Part shown: in pieces, positions 61,624-64,000 of the stretch
How the letters are laid out: every line of letters begins with the position of its first letter
Numbering within the stretch: position 1 is the stretch's first letter
Assembly (NCBI GenBank): GCA_046291745.1
Contig: JBKBSI010000001.1
Location: 1,156 to 65,155, forward strand
DNA: 64,000 bases
Origin: Pseudomonas sp.
Lineage (GTDB): Bacteria; Pseudomonadota; Gammaproteobacteria; Pseudomonadales; Pseudomonadaceae
Direction of reading: 5' to 3'
The notes under the pieces: generated by a model
Seen by the model: only the letters and a program-made list of their open reading frames with translations
Database searches by the model: none
Told to the model about the DNA's origin: nothing
Made by a program: the position numbers and the translations under genes

Positions 61624-64000
61624 GTGATTCAGACAGGGATCAGGGAAGGAAGTCGCAATGCGAGTTCCGCTGAGCAAAATAGGGCGAGAAGCTCTCGGCG
61701 TACAGTAAAAGGCTGGCTAAAGCAGTGGGGCTTGTTCCTCACAGCGCTGCTTGTAATGACAGCCTTGATGCCACGCGATGCGATGGCCAACTGTATATTG
61801 TCCAACCCGAATTCGCAGGGTCAGCATATCGACGAGGTCTGCTGGTTGCAGTTTGGCGCGGTCAATACGCCCTATGCGCCAGGCTACGAAGAGAACAGAT
61901 CCTTCGACCTGCCGGATGGCTCACGCATTGAGATGGTCATGCGCGTCAGCGGCACCGGCACCTATGCTGGTCCCGGCGGTCCGCGTATCGAGTCTCGGCA
62001 GGCGCCGACCTGGACTGGTTCCAATTTCAGCGGTAACAGCGGCTTCTACCAGTTGCTTACGCCGAACTCTGCGGCCCTCTACGTGCAGAGTGGTGAGGCT
62101 AACCGACTGGTCCTCACTCTCGAGAATATTCGCCTGTTCAGCCCTGCCGGGCTGCCGGTAGATCACGTCCCCTTCGAAATCATCATTGCTGACGCCGAGC
62201 GCCTGAACAACAGCCCCAACCCCGGCGGTGAGCGTCTGGACTTCGGTGTGGTGTCCGGTGGCTCGCCCTGGAGTACGCTGGAGTGGCTAGGCAACGGCGG
62301 GCCGAATTTCGGCGTGTCGGTTACCACCATTGCTGGCGATACCGGTGCTTCACCGCCGCCAAGTGCCTGTGATCCCGTAAACTTTATCGACTGTCGGCGT
62401 CTGCGCGGCACCAGTGCTGGTGATGCCAGTGCCATCGTGCTGTCCTCTGCACGCGACGTCAGCAATCCGGCCATCCCCTTTACCGTAATGGGTCAGATTC
62501 ACTCCACCGCCGGCCAGGGCTACGCAGTAGGCGTTCGCTGGGGTGGTGTGCGGCTGAACAAAGCGCTGCCCAGCGGCCGTGCGCACCCGGATGACCAGTT
62601 CATCTACGAAATAGAGAACGTGGTAGAAAACGTGGTGCAGAGCGCCACCACCACCAATGCAACGGATGGTGGCACTCCCTCCGACTACATCAGCGGCCAG
62701 ACCATCATGCCCGGTAATGCGCTGACCCTGCGCGAGCTGATGGCGCCAGGCAGTAGCTCAACCCTGGCTCAGTATGACCGCACGATCAGTTGTAGCAATC
62801 CGAGCAATCCGGGTTCGTCCACCGTACTGCCGAGCGGCACTTTCGATCCTTCCTCGCCGCCCGTTGTGGATATCCTCGAACTGGGTGACTCGGTTGACTG
62901 TACGTTCACCAACATCCCCCGTCTGGTCGCGCTGGCGCTAAGCAAGTCAGCCTCCGAGACCAACGTGCTGGCTGGCGAGACTTTCACCTACAGCCTGGAC
63001 ATCACCAATACCGGCACCCACGACGCGACCGGCGCAGTATTTACCGACACCCTGCCAGCAGGCATGCAAGTCACCGCAGGCGATGTGACCTGTGAGGTGA
63101 TTTCAGGCGGCGCAGTCTGTGGCCCCCTGGGTGTGAACGTAAGCGGAACGGTAGATGCCGGACTGGTTGTCACTGGCAATATCGCCAGCCTGCCGGGTAC
63201 CAATGTGGCACCCGGTGGTAGCGCGGTACGCATCAATCTGCAAGTGATCGCTGGTGGCAGCGGCACCCAGACCAACACCGCACGGGTTGATGTGGGCGGA
63301 TCGGATGACACTGTTACCGAGCAGGACACCACTGACAACGAAGACAGTTTCGACATTAGTGTTGATCCGGGCGCCGATCTGGTTATGCAAAAAACCGTGG
63401 ATGAAGCCAACCCGGTGGTTGGTGACACGGTCGTGTTCACCCTGACGCTGACCAACAATGGTCCTTCGGATGCGGAAGCAGTGCTGGTTACTGACCAGTT
63501 GCCCAGCGGTTATACCTTCGTTTCCTCCGCAGCAAGCGTTGGCAGCTATGACGATGCCAGCGGCATCTGGACTGTCGGCGATCTGGCCAATGGTGACGGC
63601 GCAACTCTGGCCATTTCAGCCACGGTCAATGAAACCGGTGAGTACCGCAACACTGCGCTGGTTACCTCCAATACCCACGATCCTGACGGCAGCAATGACG
63701 AAGACGATGCCATTACTGAACCCCAGGGCCTGATCGATGCAGTCGATGATACCTATGGCCCGGTGAATGGTTACGAAGGCAGCCCGAATGTGGGCGTGGT
63801 AAGTGACAATGACACCCTGAACGGTGCCCCGATTGTCCTGGCCGATTCAGAGCTGACGCTGGTCGGCGCGCTGCCGCCGGAACTGACCTTCGATCCCGCC
63901 ACTGGTGTGGTGGGTGTATTGCCCGGCACCCCGGCAGGCCCTTACAGCTTCGACTATGAGCTGTGCGAAGTAGCTAACCCGACGAACTGTGATACTGCCA
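61624..64000 (+). CDS. very large secreted DUF11-repeat surface protein / putative adhesin (3' end outside window)
   Basis: This ORF is absent from the ORF track because it has no stop in the window. The frame is open from the in-frame TAG at 61549-61551 to nt 64000. The first possible start is GTG 61624, with AAGGGGA 6 nt upstream. It has a signal-like hydrophobic segment (WGLFLTALLVMTALMPRDAMA) and a 380-aa Cys-containing N-terminal domain. DUF11-type repeats follow (ETFTYSLDITNTGTHDATG...; DTVVFTLTLTNNGPSDAEAV...LPSGY), then modules ending ...YSFDYELCEVANPTNCDTA. The minus-strand ORFs at 62163-63458 are its shadows. Confidence 0.75.
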   Translation, partial: MIQTGIREGSRNASSAEQNRARSSRRTVKGWLKQWGLFLTALLVMTALMPRDAMANCILSNPNSQGQHIDEVCWLQFGAVNTPYAPGYEENRSFDLPDGSRIEMVMRVSGTGTYAGPGGPRIESRQAPTWTGSNFSGNSGFYQLLTPNSAALYVQSGEANRLVLTLENIRLFSPAGLPVDHVPFEIIIADAERLNNSPNPGGERLDFGVVSGGSPWSTLEWLGNGGPNFGVSVTTIAGDTGASPPPSACDPVNFIDCRRLRGTSAGDASAIVLSSARDVSNPAIPFTVMGQIHSTAGQGYAVGVRWGGVRLNKALPSGRAHPDDQFIYEIENVVENVVQSATTTNATDGGTPSDYISGQTIMPGNALTLRELMAPGSSSTLAQYDRTISCSNPSNPGSSTVLPSGTFDPSSPPVVDILELGDSVDCTFTNIPRLVALALSKSASETNVLAGETFTYSLDITNTGTHDATGAVFTDTLPAGMQVTAGDVTCEVISGGAVCGPLGVNVSGTVDAGLVVTGNIASLPGTNVAPGGSAVRINLQVIAGGSGTQTNTARVDVGGSDDTVTEQDTTDNEDSFDISVDPGADLVMQKTVDEANPVVGDTVVFTLTLTNNGPSDAEAVLVTDQLPSGYTFVSSAASVGSYDDASGIWTVGDLANGDGATLAISATVNETGEYRNTALVTSNTHDPDGSNDEDDAITEPQGLIDAVDDTYGPVNGYEGSPNVGVVSDNDTLNGAPIVLADSELTLVGALPPELTFDPATGVVGVLPGTPAGPYSFDYELCEVANPTNCDTA

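Noticed and set aside
62163-63458. Minus-strand ORFs 62163-62474, 62769-62987 and 62988-63458
   Set aside because: They are Ser/Thr/Pro-rich shadows of the long plus-strand DUF11-repeat ORF, which is open across this whole span.

Overview
This is a high-GC (about 60%) gammaproteobacterial chromosome segment. Gene order and REP elements look Pseudomonas-like. All family calls come from reading the translated ORFs by eye, with no searches run. Start codons were re-picked where the ORF track gave an over-long N-terminus.

Content, left to right:
- 1-3.2 kb: an ABC ATPase plus two DUF3526-like permeases.
- 3.2-21 kb: a housekeeping block with an SpmA/B-like membrane protein, an AmiD/AmpDh2-like amidase, a cryptochrome DASH, a coiled-coil GGEEF cyclase, an EEP-family protein, dsbA, cytochrome c4, engB, polA, DUF2782, thrB, a ROK kinase and znuA-zur-znuCB.
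- 21.2-29.1 kb: a DNA-damage island. It holds the four-gene ligase-associated operon (exonuclease, ATP-dependent ligase, Lhr-like helicase, PdeM), followed directly by a LexA-box-preceded radical SAM / DUF4130 pair.
- 29.1-37.6 kb: the complete aa3-type cytochrome c oxidase structural and biogenesis cluster (sco, cyoE, cox15, Sco-like hypothetical, SURF1, DUF2909, coxC, cox11, coxA, coxB).
- 38-43 kb: yheV, prlC, a gamma-carbonic-anhydrase-like protein and an NADP oxidoreductase.
- 43-64 kb: a more accessory-looking signalling region. It contains an ammonium-transporter domain fused to PAS-PAS-GGDEF-EAL, a sensor-less histidine kinase with a REC-TPR regulator, DUF533, an AraC regulator, a thioesterase and an LTA-synthase-like sulfatase. 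It ends with a 7TMR-DISM hybrid kinase, a LysR regulator, a REC-AraC regulator overlapping a TonB-dependent receptor, and a very large DUF11-repeat surface protein. That last ORF runs off the window end and is missing from the ORF track.

Non-coding calls:
- an ErsA/Spot 42-like sRNA with a sigmaE/AlgU-type promoter between polA and engB
- a REP cluster
- Zur boxes
- a LexA box
- several hairpin terminators

No CRISPR array, transposase, integrase, tRNA or rRNA was seen. I did not find a clear-cut new defence or mobile system. The best candidates for uncharacterised biology are the SOS-boxed radical SAM pair, the Amt-c-di-GMP fusion with its neighbouring two-component pair, and the regulator/receptor/giant-adhesin cluster at the right end.
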